Shown: positions 25,148-38,500 of the stretch, one piece after another
How positions within the stretch are numbered: the first letter of the stretch is position 1
How the letters are laid out: every line of letters starts with the position of its first letter
Source of the DNA: Phoronis australis
Lineage: Eukaryota; Animalia; Phoronida
Length of the DNA stretch: 64,000 nucleotides
Direction of reading: 5' to 3'
NCBI GenBank assembly: GCA_002633005.1
Contig: NMRA01001016.1
Coordinates: forward strand, 5,889-69,888
Translations under genes and position numbers: made by a program
Notes under the pieces: generated by a model
Seen by the model: the letters and a program-made list of their open reading frames with translations, nothing else
The model's database searches: none
Told to the model about the DNA's origin: nothing

Positions 25148-26272
25148 TTAGGTCAACAGTATATTTTAACAGTTGGGCGTTCGTCCAGTTTTACATAATT
25201 TGACATGGGAAATATTTGCCGAGCAAATGTGCTGTGAAACTATGCACCACTATGTAGACATGTGCACTTACAACTGGCGGGATTTCACGCCTGGCTGATG
25301 GCGGCCTTGAGTCGTTCTCGGGCAGTGTTTCAAACAGTGCTGCAGCGGCATTTTAGTAGTCAACATCGTCTTTGCTCTAAAAAGGTGAACAATGGGTGAT
25401 ACGGAGGAGCCTTACTGAGAGAGTCGGATATTTGAAGGGTGAGGGTATTCAATCACACTGTCCATAGGGGAATGACAGAGTGTAGATTTTGAACTTTTAT
25501 TCATTTCGAAATCTTTTCGCTCTGGAAAACAATGCAGTTGTTTTATTACCTTGGAAAAAAAATTCGTTCGCAACGTTGAGACTGCGATCACTGCTTCAGT
25601 TTGTTATAAATCACTATCTGATAGAATTGGCAATTAAATTTGCTAGATTGTATTCTGTATTGCAGCTGTATCAAAGTGTTTTTGCATGGGCATGCCTACA
25701 CAGTACAAGGGTATGTCTAATGCTTCGCGTTTATTTATGTACATTTAAGCGAATTTTCACTAGACAATGCCACAATGTTCTGTTAGTTCACTCAAAAATG
25801 CACACGTGTTCGTAACCTTAAAGACAGACTGTGATATTCATACTTACAGAACTTATGTTTAAAAAATCTCATTTGTAGAAAAGGCCAAATCACAAGTGCC
25901 TCGCGTAGGAAGTTCTGGCGAAAAAATCAAGGGTATGCATGATTCTGCCAAAAGTCTGAGGAGACGAGTTGGTAAGGTAGGTATAACCGGCTTTTTCGAC
26001 ATATACACATGGGCACATGTTACACATCTCAAAACCATTCACGCTGCAAGCTGTCCTTAATATTTATTTGAGTTATCCTTCAGAATTAATATCTTCATCA
26101 CCTCAAGCGATGTTCGTTACACTTTCGTTGACTGATTGCGTCTTTGAGCGCGATGGGAATTTGACCAAGAAATAAGGAATGATTCTCTTACCGTTCAGAC
26201 CTGTATGAAAATATGCGCAATTCGCGAAGTTTAGTATTTGTTCCAGCATTCTTGATTTTGTAGTTTTCTGCA

Positions 26273-26422
26273 ATGGACGAGGAGTTCTTCTATGCAGTCG
26301 AGTTCGGCGATACTCCTACCGTGGAGCGGTTTCTGGATGAGAACCCCGACTTTGATGTGAGTCGACAGGACCTGTTGGGTCGCACCCCTCTCAGATTGGC
26401 TGTCGCCAATGAGCACTTGGAG
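26273..26422 (+). CDS. TRPC: TRPC exon 1 (ankyrin repeats)
   Basis: MDEEFFYAVEFGD..DLLGRTPLRLAVANEHLE|gtaagt. An in-frame acceptor (tttgtag) ending at 26263 suggests an unidentified upstream exon. Confidence 0.9.
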
Positions 26423-29400
26423 GTAAGTGAAGGTCCCGTGTTTAGTCAAGATACGCCATGTGGTGTAGAGTTTCTGCCTCATTTTTCTGACACCCTTCTT
26501 ATCTTGCACCACAGACCTCTGTCGAGTTGCATGTGTTACACAAGATATTATCCATGAAATTGAGTACTAATTTCCTAATTGTAGACAGTAACAAAATAAA
26601 CCTATTTTAAGCGATAAGTATGGAGCTCGTCATCTCAGAAACAAATAAATATGTTAACATCAAAATATCGCCACTTATCCCAAATAATCTTAAACTACCT
26701 TTCCAGTGAAATCGATCACCATAAAACAAAAGATCTGCAACAAAGTATATGACGTCATCAGGACTGAGTAGAGTCATACAGTGCACGCAGCCTGTTTGTG
26801 CTCTTCTTGGCTTTGCTGATTGGCGAAAGACAAACACAGTAAAACGTAATATCCTGTTGAGCTTCTACATCGGTTTTAATTAATTTTGCCCTAGGTTGTT
26901 ATTAATAGTAAATGTATTGCGCTCTGCTTTAAGGTTATATCCAACCTTATTACCAAAAAAGGCCATTTTTACAATATTTCACATGTGTCTAGTAAAATAC
27001 CTTATCTTCATTCTCGGGGAACTCCAGATACAAAATATATACTGCGTAGCGCGAAAAAAAATTAACAGAACCACCTTGGAACCGCACAACCGCGTGGATA
27101 TCATATTTGTTTACTACTTATCCGAGATCAAAGTTTAAAGGACTTTCAATCAAATCGAATCTCCCGCCATGTACAGAGCAGCTTCGTATCCTCTCAGTCC
27201 TTTTATTCACAACGAGGTGTACTTATGGTAGAATGGTGCCGGGGAAAAACAAAGACAAAACGTAGTTTTGATCCTAAGGGAGTTGTGCGTCTACATGCAT
27301 ATGACCGTTGGCGTTGAGAACGAATGCTACGGTCGCCTCAGGCCTCTGTAGTCATGAACACAGCAAATTGTGAAAGACATAAATCCTCACCCTAATTCCT
27401 ACATTCAATTAATAAACTGTCATTTCAGTGTTTCGATCTCATGCTAACGACATGCTTTAACCACAGATCCGATTTTTGTTATCCATTTCTTACTTGGTTT
27501 CGTATCAGTCTCCCAACAAGTGACGTGTACAGGCTATGTGTATAACAATGAACTGTGACCTGTTTATATAAAAGTAGGTCAAAAGGTCGCAAAAACAGTA
27601 AGAAATAGCTGGGAACGATACGTTTTAATGATAATTAAGTTAATTACGCACAGCAAAATCAGTTGACATTGTGAGTGAATGTTGAAATAGCGAATATAAC
27701 TAAGGCTTCTATAGGTTATGTGTACCGAAAACAAGTTTTCATCGATTAATTAACCGAAGACTTTGAGATTTTCACTTGTCCCAGTTAAATCGGCTTTCTC
27801 TCGGCTTCGGCAAATCGACTTTATTTGAACTTAGGAACACTAATTCTCGAAAAAAGCTCGGTGGATTTCGCTGAAACTTTTCAAATTAAAAATTTAGTCA
27901 TCAGTCTGGAAAACGCTGTAAGGATTTTCGATATAAAGGCCATTTTTTGTAACAAAGACGAACACGACTCTTTCCGTTTTTTACAAAGATACCTTACGTT
28001 TTGCGAGTTGGTTTGTCATAGAAACCAAACAAAAGTCTAATCGAAAATTCCTAACAGGGTATTTGAGGTACTTGGTGAAGTTTCCATTTAAAAAAGTTTC
28101 ATTGAAATCGAGCCAGGGGTTATTTTGCTGTGAATATACTTTTCTTAAAAATAAAATTTTGATTTAAAAAATGTTTTTACATAAAAATTATAATTGTACA
28201 TTAATACAAAAAGTATTTTCATATTCCCTAATCTTTCTATAATTCTTTCAGAAAATATATACTTTTGCTTGTTGACAAAGCTTAGTTTTATGGATATACG
28301 TGTTAGAATAGAGGCCACTAAATAAGGTTGGAGATAAACTTAAACAATTTAATCGTTTAAACAGGAGGCACATACGATTTCAGTTTTACGTTTGTCTTTG
28401 TGCTGAACGCGTCTTCAAAGAGCCTCGTTTCTATTCGCCGTGTTTTCATGTAGTTTCGCGCAGAAGTACACGTGCATCACTTCCGCAAAATCTCCTTTCA
28501 TGGACGCCTTGCCGACATCATTGTTTGATTACGATGGGATAGCTGAAAATCAATACAAATAAACTGTGTTTTGTTGATACCCATTTGAGTACATGAATGT
28601 ATTTTTTCGCTGTGGACATCAGCAGCGTGCATGTCCGCCAGCTAGACTAAGTATTTTTAATTTAATTGAGAAGATTATGTGATAAATCCCACAATTCCCG
28701 ACTAGTTTTGCACCAACCTTTCTCAAGTTCCTCAAACTTCGTCCAACGAATCAAAATTACAGGCAATCCTCCGGATAGTTACTGTACATTCGTAGTGAAA
28801 TTTACGTGTACACGGATCCCACTAATGTCTCGATACCTAAGGCACTGCTCTGCTCTGTCTATGGCGTACCTCATCTGAATGTATACATAAATGCAATCTG
28901 CAATAAATCATCACCATTATAATCTCTAATTCTACAGAAAAATGTCAATGCACATGATGTCTTTAATATCACAAACCATTGTATTTTGCAAGAGTTTAAA
29001 GTCCCCATATTTTAACAAGCCCAATTCCATGGCATTTGACTTTTAAATTTGGCTAATTCTGCAAATTGCACATAACATGAAATAGGACATATCTAAAATC
29101 AATGAAATTTGATATCCATAATCACAACAACCGTTTTTAATCGTGACATGTTTCATGGAAGCCACACCACATCTGCAGTCGTTTAGTCTCAAATAATCAG
29201 ATCAGGGCTATACATGTATGTTAAGAAAACCAGTACAGAGTTACAACAAGAGCAAGAATGGGACTGTAGTCAGTTAGATTTGTATGAACTTGTGAATCGG
29301 AAGCAAAAACGAACCAAAAGAAAAGTGACAAGGATTAAAGTTTCATCTGTGTATTTATAATGTTCGTCTACGTGTAAGCCACTTTTCATCACGTACATGT

Positions 29401-29489
29401 AGCTTAACACGGCAACCATTAGAATCAAAGGCAATAATACCAAAGCAGTGCTCACAGGATGCTAATCTGCAGGCATCATTGCGGGTGTG

Positions 29490-29553
<64 letters not shown>

Positions 29554-32500
29554 NNNNNNNNNNNNNNNNNNNNNNNNNNAGATGCTGTTAGAGAAGACTC
29601 CTTTAGAAGCCATGTATGAAGCGCTGCTTATTGCCATAGTGATGGGGCACGAACAGATTGCTGAAGTCATCTTGAAGTCTCCCGGATATTCCGAGACTAA
29701 GAAAGACTGGAAAGAAACTTGGAGCCACGACAACGACGAATCTCCGTTCTCCTCAGACATTACTCCTCTAATCTTAGCGTCGCAATATAATCGCTACGAG
29801 GTGGTACAGTTATTACTGATGAAGGGTCACCGCATAGAGAAACCTCACCAATACTACTGCAAATGCTCTACTTGCAAAGAGAAAATAGAATTTGATCGCT
29901 TGAGGTTTTGGAAGTACCGACTGGAAGTGTACCGAGGACTGAGCAGCGAAGCTTACATATCACTATGTAGTCGTGACCCTATTTACACAGCATTTGAACT
30001 TGGGAAGGAGTTGAGGACAGTGGCTACGATAGAAAAACATTATAAGGTTGTTTTTAGTATAGTTCTGTGCTTTCTGTTCGTAATCCTTGCCAGGTTGTTT
30101 TTGATTTCAACAAAAATATCAAGTCTAAAAATATCAAGGTTTTCCGTTAAATTAGTTTACAAGAAACACTAATTTAATTGGAAACAACTAGCACCCTTGT
30201 TGTACTCTATCAAAGCTTAACATTGTATTGGTGTCGATATCAATTAGCCATTTTTGTTTTTCTAACCCCAACTGCCATTCATACGAGACGTGTAGCACAG
30301 ACATGTTTTCTAAAATCCTTATCTCCAATGTGCCGGCGTTAACCTATTTCATTAGCATTTTAGGCTAAACAGTCATGCTTTCTTATATACACAATTTCTA
30401 GGTGGAGTATTTAAAGTTAGCTGATCAGCTTAGCGACTATGTTGTAAAACTACTTGACAGAGTACGTGGCAATGCAGAACTAGAAACAATTCTAAACAAG
30501 TCGAAATATCGAAGAGGGAAACCCGATTCAGATGATGAAGGTTACGAAACTATGGCGAGGTTACGGATGGCCATAGAATTCGAGGAGAAAAAGGTACAGT
30601 GGTGTTGATGTGTTTCCTATTTTTGTTTTTGTTACCATGTAATAATAATTTTAACGTCCAGGCCTATAAGAAATGTACACATACAAGGCATTTATTAGCA
30701 ATCAAACTATCCAGTACCGTTGTGTAGTCAAGGAATAACGGTCCTACCTTTTCGTTTCTAGTCAAAGACACAATAGACAAATTCTTATATACAAAAAAAT
30801 GATTATTTTGTCGCATTATATTAGGTTCTAAGTCAGTTATGAGTACGAAGCAACTACATCTTTTTACCGCCAGTTTGTCGCTCACCCGACGTGCCAACAG
30901 AAGCTTGTAAGCACGTGGTATGGAGATCTGGGTCCGTATCTTGAACGTCCAAAGTGGTACTTCCGTCTTCCACTCTTCGCCTTCATCATGTTGGTTTACC
31001 CTTTCCTTGCAGGGGTCTACCTAGTAATGCCATATTCTAAGGTCAGTAACTATTTCAACCTTATGCTTTGCCGCCCCACACTTTGTACCTTGTCGCTCAC
31101 ATAGGCTCATTGTGTCATCTTGGTTTCTCCGAGCGATGTTTAGTGCTTGGATGAGGCACACGTGTAACGTTGAGTGCATCTATAAAATTACACTATTGAT
31201 AACACAAATCGAATAGAGTTCACTGATCGCTTCGGCTGGAAAATTTTGGTCGCCACCTTCACCTATTCCAGTTGGTCGTATGCTCTGATGAAATTTGTTC
31301 AAGTGGTAAATTTCAATCATTTTCATTATGCGAAGATCTTGGATGTATCCACGTTTTTGTTCATTGAACTGTTCCAGTTTGCAATTTGCAGCCTCGGCTC
31401 GACGTCAAAACATATTTCCATGGTGGACCATAAAAATACAGAACCTAACATCAAAACTAAATAATATGCAAATAGATGTACGTGCAAGACAATTTCTTGA
31501 AGTTTAAATAAATTGGATAACATAAATGGACGAAGTGACCGGAAAGATCATCATTAGAAACAAAGCTGGAGTTACCACTGCTCACAATAATTTAAAAACA
31601 TCTATATAGTGTTCAAGATATTCTTTGAAAATATTTATTTCAATTTTGTGAGCTCGCTGAGGTGGAATTTGGGGGTATTTTGCAACTTGTACATTGTTTG
31701 CTTTGGTGCAGGTTGGACGTTTAGTGAAAACGCCATGTGTGAAGTTGATTGCACAGTCAACATACTTCATCGTGTTCCTGGTTCTCCTCCTTGTATCCAG
31801 CTCGACTGAAAAGCACTCTAGCGGCCGTACCATGGACTCCGACGGATTGTGCTTCGACAGCAATCCAGTGCCAACCGTCAATACCGCCCACACAGCCATT
31901 CGTGCACACAAACCCGAGATGGTGTACTTATTTGTGATGTGTTTTGTTGCAGGTAAAATAAAATTCATTAGTCACCGATGACCATTATACCTGCGGTGCA
32001 TGCCGTAGACCCACGCATCCTGCCAAAAAGCGAGCACACGCAAGACCACGCAAAACCCGCTTACTAGCGTACCTAGTAAACTGGAGGCCACTAGAGTGAT
32101 TGGTCGGTGAGGTTGGAATGTTGCATTATGGGATAAAATTGACTGTGTCGGTTTCATAAGGTAAAATATCGCACAGGAAGTGCCTCGTCAAGTGGTTTGG
32201 TCTACGGAACGCAACCCTGAATCAGTTACTTGCATAGACTGACACTGTTCTGTTAAACATTTCTCGCCTCACACTTAATTCATAGAAGTATAGGCGCTCA
32301 AGCTGCTACCTCCGAAACTGATCTTCTTATAATGACTTGAACATGTTGACGTCTTAGAGCGCACTTCCTTCAAGACCCAATCAACATAGCGCCTGGATAT
32401 TTTCATGGTAATATTCGCCTTTCTCAACTCCTTATTTCACGTTTTGATTCCAGGTTTATTTTACCAAGAATGCCAGCAAATTTTCCACGATGGTGTTCGA

Positions 32501-35500
32501 ATGTATTTTTCATCGTTCTACAACGTGTTTGACACCTGTATGATGGTGGGATATATTGCGTCATTCGCTTTAAAAATCTACTCCTTCAGTCAAGTGCAGT
32601 CCGCGCTGGATATCTTTAAAGAAAACACTACGTGCACCGAGTACAGAGAAGGAAACCAAACAGTAAAGGAGATGTTCTACTGGTTGCGCGCAGGTAGGAC
32701 ATCTATTGTTCGTGTTAGAGGGTACCGCGAGCACGTGTTGTATACGAGGACATTTGCTTATTTTTTCAGTCCGTGGTTGGAAGGAACACTATGTCACATG
32801 GTTCCAGGAGTTCATGTACTCTTTTTGAATATCATTTTCAACAACTAACTCAGATCATTGAACGATTTTTTCTGACTTTGAGAAATCATGCTTCAAGGGG
32901 ATTATTTCGCTATAGGGTGAAGTCTCTAGGACGATGTCTTGATCGGATAAAGACCCGGGTGTTCTCTTAGAGGAAATGAATGTCTAAGGTTGATTACCCG
33001 AGTTCGTCTCTCATCCACAAGTATGCATGGTGGTGAAAAAGCCAAAACAAATTCTCATAACTGCCCACTACTGGCAAATGAACGATGTCAGGGCTCTCTC
33101 CTGCTGAGAGGAAATTTAGGTGCCAGTGCCTTCTGAGAGGGAACTGGTTTGGCTGAAATGTTATTCATCCATCTCCTTCACCAGCAGCTTCACTACCTGT
33201 TCGCCAATCCTCATCAGCTATGTCTTAAAAAGTTCCCACAATGACCCTATGTCTCAAAAAGAATTTCATAGATAGAATAGATTGTCTTAAAGGAGCATGT
33301 CACCCAAAAACAACCTATTTTCTATCAATTTAGATCGAGTAGCTCGACTACTCGATAACGGTACGTTCGGTTGCGTTACCTGACACCTGACGGCAGACGG
33401 AGGTGTTGAAATTATCCACTGACGTCATTGGTTTCCCACGTAGTCTGTTCAGCAGCTCACAACAGGGGTTACTGGTGTCGGCTTATCGCTTTAATTCATC
33501 ATTTAACACCAATAAATCATCAAACTTCGACGTAAAACCCTTAAAAATACACCGAGTTCTTATAAAACGTGTTGTTTTATTTCGCTGTTAGGGATTTATT
33601 GGTATTTGGGCACATCGTAACCTACAAAGTTCGGCAGGCCAAGTTACCAATGTCCAGAGCAAGAGTTTGGGATCTGTTCGGAGATAAATTCGAAGTATTC
33701 TTCCGTGAAATACAGACATGAGAACCTAGAGCTGTGTTGTTTAGACTTGTGATTTTTTGAGTTCTAAACACACAAAACGCTTGTTATCCCTGCCAGAGGC
33801 TCGGAAACCGATCAGGTCCGTCACGGCCGGGCTGAAGACATCACGAACATAAACCAGCCAAAGTTGGAAATTGGATTTCCAGTCAAGAAAATTATACTAG
33901 TGAGCCAAAGAAGTAACGTGCACGTGATAATGTTGGTGAATTAGCCACGAAACTGCAAATCTACTTACCTGTCGGGTTCCGCGAATTCAGTTTCCCCTTT
34001 GGCAACAGAACCGTCAGGGCAGAAGTTGTACATTGACAATCATTATTTGAATAATGTATAGGTAAATAAATATTCCCCTAACACCTGGCAGTGGGATAGA
34101 AATCGAGTTATTGTTTCATAACAGTTTCTGTCAGCAAACACTGAATTAGCATGCGCTCACACGGCCTCGGTGTCCGGTCAATTAGTTTTATTGCACCTAA
34201 AGCCGGTAACGCAGTGATTTATTCATTACTGGCTTCTCAGTCAAATCATTTGCACTCACTAACACTCCAAAGACATTACAAATTGTATCTAATGAGACAG
34301 ACTTTGTTTCAGTTTTATATAAGTATTGGTTAGGGAGGGAATAATTCATTTTGAAATAGAAAGCTCAGTAATAAACGTCAACATGGCAACTCGCAATCCC
34401 GACTCAAGTTAAACGAGAGGTCATCCGACTTCGCAGTTGGATCTTAAGTTTCACAGGCTATCAGTTCGAACCGGAATACAGTGATGGAGAAATACTAGAG
34501 AGGCGCCGTGAACAAGCTCAGGCAACGGAACGTATGGATAGTTATTTGGTAAACCGACATTCGTCAGACTCACTGTCGACGACTGTAGGCCACAGACACG
34601 GAGATGTTTCACGGCCTCATAGGCCTACTTACTATTTACAGCGTACGATCATTCTTCACTACCGCGAGCCACTTCCTAAGCATTTCGGACTCTCGAGGAA
34701 GTCGAAAAAACGATATACTCGCTTTCCTCGCAGCTACAAGCGGGAACGATACACCGCAACATAGCGGCATTCACCGTGCAAATGAACCACTGACGTCGCT
34801 GCGTCGTTTCTCACCTTCCTTACAGGTTAACGAGACACCTCTCGGCAAGGTAAGGTCGACCGTATACGAGGTGATGTGGATATAAACCGATTAAGATGGT
34901 AAATCGGGTGGCATTCTCCTTTATCTTCAATTGTAGTTGGGCGATTTTAGTGATTCAAAAACTAAACACTTTCAACATTTGACGACGGAGTAACTCAGAA
35001 TTGTTTTTGGTTTGTGTTCAGACAGTTAATAACTTATCTTTTATTTTCAACATCACAGCCAAGTCAGGCTGGTTATGATCTTATCTGATTTATCTGATAA
35101 GAGCATTTATCGAATAAAAGACGTCGGAGTTAATCAATCGTGTAAGATACTGACTACGACCGTCAACCGCCCAACTTGTTTGTTTGCCACCCGATCGAGC
35201 AGTTTGGGGTCAACGGGAGAATGACGCAATGTTATGAGTTTGCACAAAGTTTTAATAAATAAAATCAACAAGGCATTCCGTCCTGTTCAGCTGGCTTATA
35301 AACCAAAACCGAATTAGGCATTTTACTCTCATAAGATGGTTGACCATCGTAAACAAAATAACTCTTTGTATATGCGTCACATACAACATTATTCACTAGT
35401 TGTAGCCCACCTGGGTCCAATTTACTAACATACCTTCGATTTACTGCGGCGGAATTCTGGCAAATGCTCATTCTAGTCTTACCATTCCAGATCGCATGTA

Positions 35501-38500
35501 CTGGCGGAACCACGACCCCTACATCTTGTCAGAAATCTTGTTTGGTTTCGCCAATGTGCTCAGCTTTTCTCGGACATCCTCCCTCCTCCCAGCAAACGAA
35601 CACTTTGGACCTATGCAAATATCACTTGCTCGCATGTTGAAGGTAAGAGTTGTTGAAAACATACCCCCTTATCCTTTAAGTAATATCACGGTGACGCAAA
35701 GGTGAGAAATCGATATCTCTGATGTTTGTTTTCCAACCGATTCAGGCACCGCAAATGTAGTGGAGGAGGGGGCGATGAAAATCATTTTCCTATTCCTACG
35801 TACAGTTGTCATTCATATCACCAGGTTTGCCCGTAGGTTTCGCCTCTTCGTCATTATTAATCATCCAAGCATGAAAAGGTGAATCTTTCATCAAGGTCGC
35901 TTTCTCACGAGAGGATGGACCGTTATTTCACTGACCGGGACTCTTAGCTGTTGGAAAATGACTCATGACGTCATATTCCACGGACTGCCACGTTAAGTTT
36001 TAGTAAACGTCAAAATTTAGTGGCGCAGCGGGCGGCCCAACTTGTAATGCAGATGATTTGCAATGGTCACTCAGAAGGTGTTGACGTTTCACTCCTAGCA
36101 CTGAAATAGTGGACAGTGATGATAATCAGTGGAGCATCTCGTGAAAATAGTAACATCTATCAATTTGAAGCAACAAGTCCAGGCTTTTTCATCCACTGCC
36201 ATGCTTGGACTCAACCGGTGCGAAGAACGGACCTTCAGATGAGAAGGAAGAACCTTCAGATAGAAAGGACGGACCTTCAGATGGAAGGACGGATCCGAAA
36301 AACTGAAGCGTGCACGAGAAGGACAGGTTGTGATGGGGAAAGTCGGGTTGTGATAGTAAGGACGTGACAGATAGTCAGACCTTTATGTTGGATAACAAAG
36401 CCTGCAGTCTGAAGTCTCTGATTTCAAATATGAAATCTCCGAGTCACACCGATTGACCACGTGGTTTGCTAGACCGTGGTTCAGATGGTGATTTTCTAGT
36501 TACACGAATTGCGCCCATGTAATTATCCAAAGAAAAGTGGTCAGACGGAATCTCCCTGGCAACCTTGGGGTAGTCACGTCACATTTTTTGAGTCTATTGT
36601 AACTTAAAAAATGTGACGTGACTACCCAAGGTTGCCAAGAAGATTCCGAGTCTATTGTAACTTGTGAACTTGGTTAAATTTCGTCTAGAAATTGTAACAG
36701 TTGTATGTACGTGACATGCGCATGGGTGATGAATTTCCTTTCACCCTCAGGACTTCTTCAAGTTCATGTTCATCCTCGTCGTGATCTACTTTTCATTTCT
36801 CGTCGGAATGGTGAACATTTACTGGTACTACGTGGAAGATAACCGCAAAAAGGTTGAGTTACCGCAACTGCACAACGTCACCGGCTTAGAAGCCGACAAG
36901 CATTTTGGCGAGTAAGTTTATTTGCTTAAAATCACCAATAGCCTTGTTTCGACATGTGACTACATTTTCAGCATCACTAAACCTTCCATTAGAGCATTCC
37001 ATGTCACAATCGAAAATTCAATATCCCGGAAACGAGAAAAGCGGCATCAATTGGAAGTTTCTTAGCTCCACGAACACGAGTGTGACGAGTGAGTGTACCC
37101 AGCGCTTGTGTATCAGGTCCACCAACAGGCGAGCTTCTCCAATGTCTCGGGAAAAGTGAAAAGAGCAAACGCGTAATCAAAAATTAAGTTGTCAAAACTA
37201 CTACAAACGCAACGCCTCGTCATTGCTTATTATACCATTAACCAGGGGAAAATGTGCATCAACATCTGACGACAATTTGCACTAAGCACTTTAAGCCCAG
37301 AGGTCTGTTTCATGAAAGTGACTTAAGAATTTTATAAGATTGAAATTTGATCTTACACTCAACATGGTTATTTGTGAAAAATATTTTTTAACAAAAATAC
37401 AACTTTTAATGGACATAAATTTAAAATGAGCAACGTTGCGTCCTCATAGCGTGGACTTTCGCTTGTAACTGCCGTGGAGGTGTTCGGCTGATGACGTAAT
37501 CGGCGAGGAATGAAACACAGCGCGCGCGCTCATGTCCTGAAGAGTTGAAATCTTAATTCTAAGGGGGACATTTAGCAGATTAGTAGATAGATTTATTAAC
37601 AACACCACGTTTGAACCAGGTTTCTTCACGATCCAAAATACATCAGTGGTTTCAAATGAATGTCGTGCAGTGTTGATGTGAGTGAAAACGGCGGAATCAT
37701 ACGTGTCCCCGTAACTGAGCCGGCGGTGCTGACCCATTCTGCTTTTTGAGAGACTGCACTGTTTCACCCACGTAGGACTCAGTACACACCTTGTCCTCAC
37801 ACATAATGCCATAGACCACATTGGAGATTTTTCCCTGGGAACCTTGTCTTTCATCCTGACCGGACTTCTTGGATTGAATCTTTCAAATCCATCAACTCCA
37901 GTCAGGAGCCAACTGGTCCGAGTGAAAGACAAGGTTCCCATGGAAAAAGTCTCTATTGTGGTTGATGGCACTATGTGTGAGAACAAGGGGTTGACTGAGT
38001 CCTATGTGGGTGAAACCAAGGAGTCCCTCAGAAGCAGAATGAACTAGTACCGCCGACCCAGTTACGGGAATTCATTTGACACTAGAGATGTACGCATTTT
38101 GGATCGTGAGGAAAATTGGTTAAATCGTGACGTTAAGGAATCTATCTACGAACGTGATGAATGCCCGTCTTTGAATCGCTAAGGCGGATTAAGATTCCAA
38201 CTCTCCAGGACATGGAATCGCGCTATGTCATTCATTACCCGCCGCCTACATCGTCAGCTTAACATCAACACGGCAGTTACTAGTGAAAGTCCTCGCGACG
38301 CAATGTGGCTCAGTTGAAATGTAAGTCTAGTATTAGTTTTAATTTTTGCTGATACTTATGGATGATACTGGATGTCTAATACTCAACAACTACTTGAAAC
38401 TCACTTTAGCAAAAGAATAAAGTATCTGGAATAGACTTGTAATTGTTATTTTTGAGGAAAATGCACATTATTTTAAACTGATGTTCTAATAGTTACTTGA

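Noticed and set aside
29459-29581. CVCVCV N-terminus of the 237-aa ORF
   Set aside because: Translation of an intronic TG microsatellite and gap; only 29582-30046 is exon.
36222-36295. Short direct repeats as a CRISPR array
   Set aside because: Head-to-tail minisatellite without unique spacers, in a spliceosomal intron, with no cas genes.
37480-37520. CTGATGA...GAAA near the Penelope remnants as a hammerhead ribozyme
   Set aside because: Stem II does not pair, there is no room for stem I, and it is antisense to the element in which it lies.
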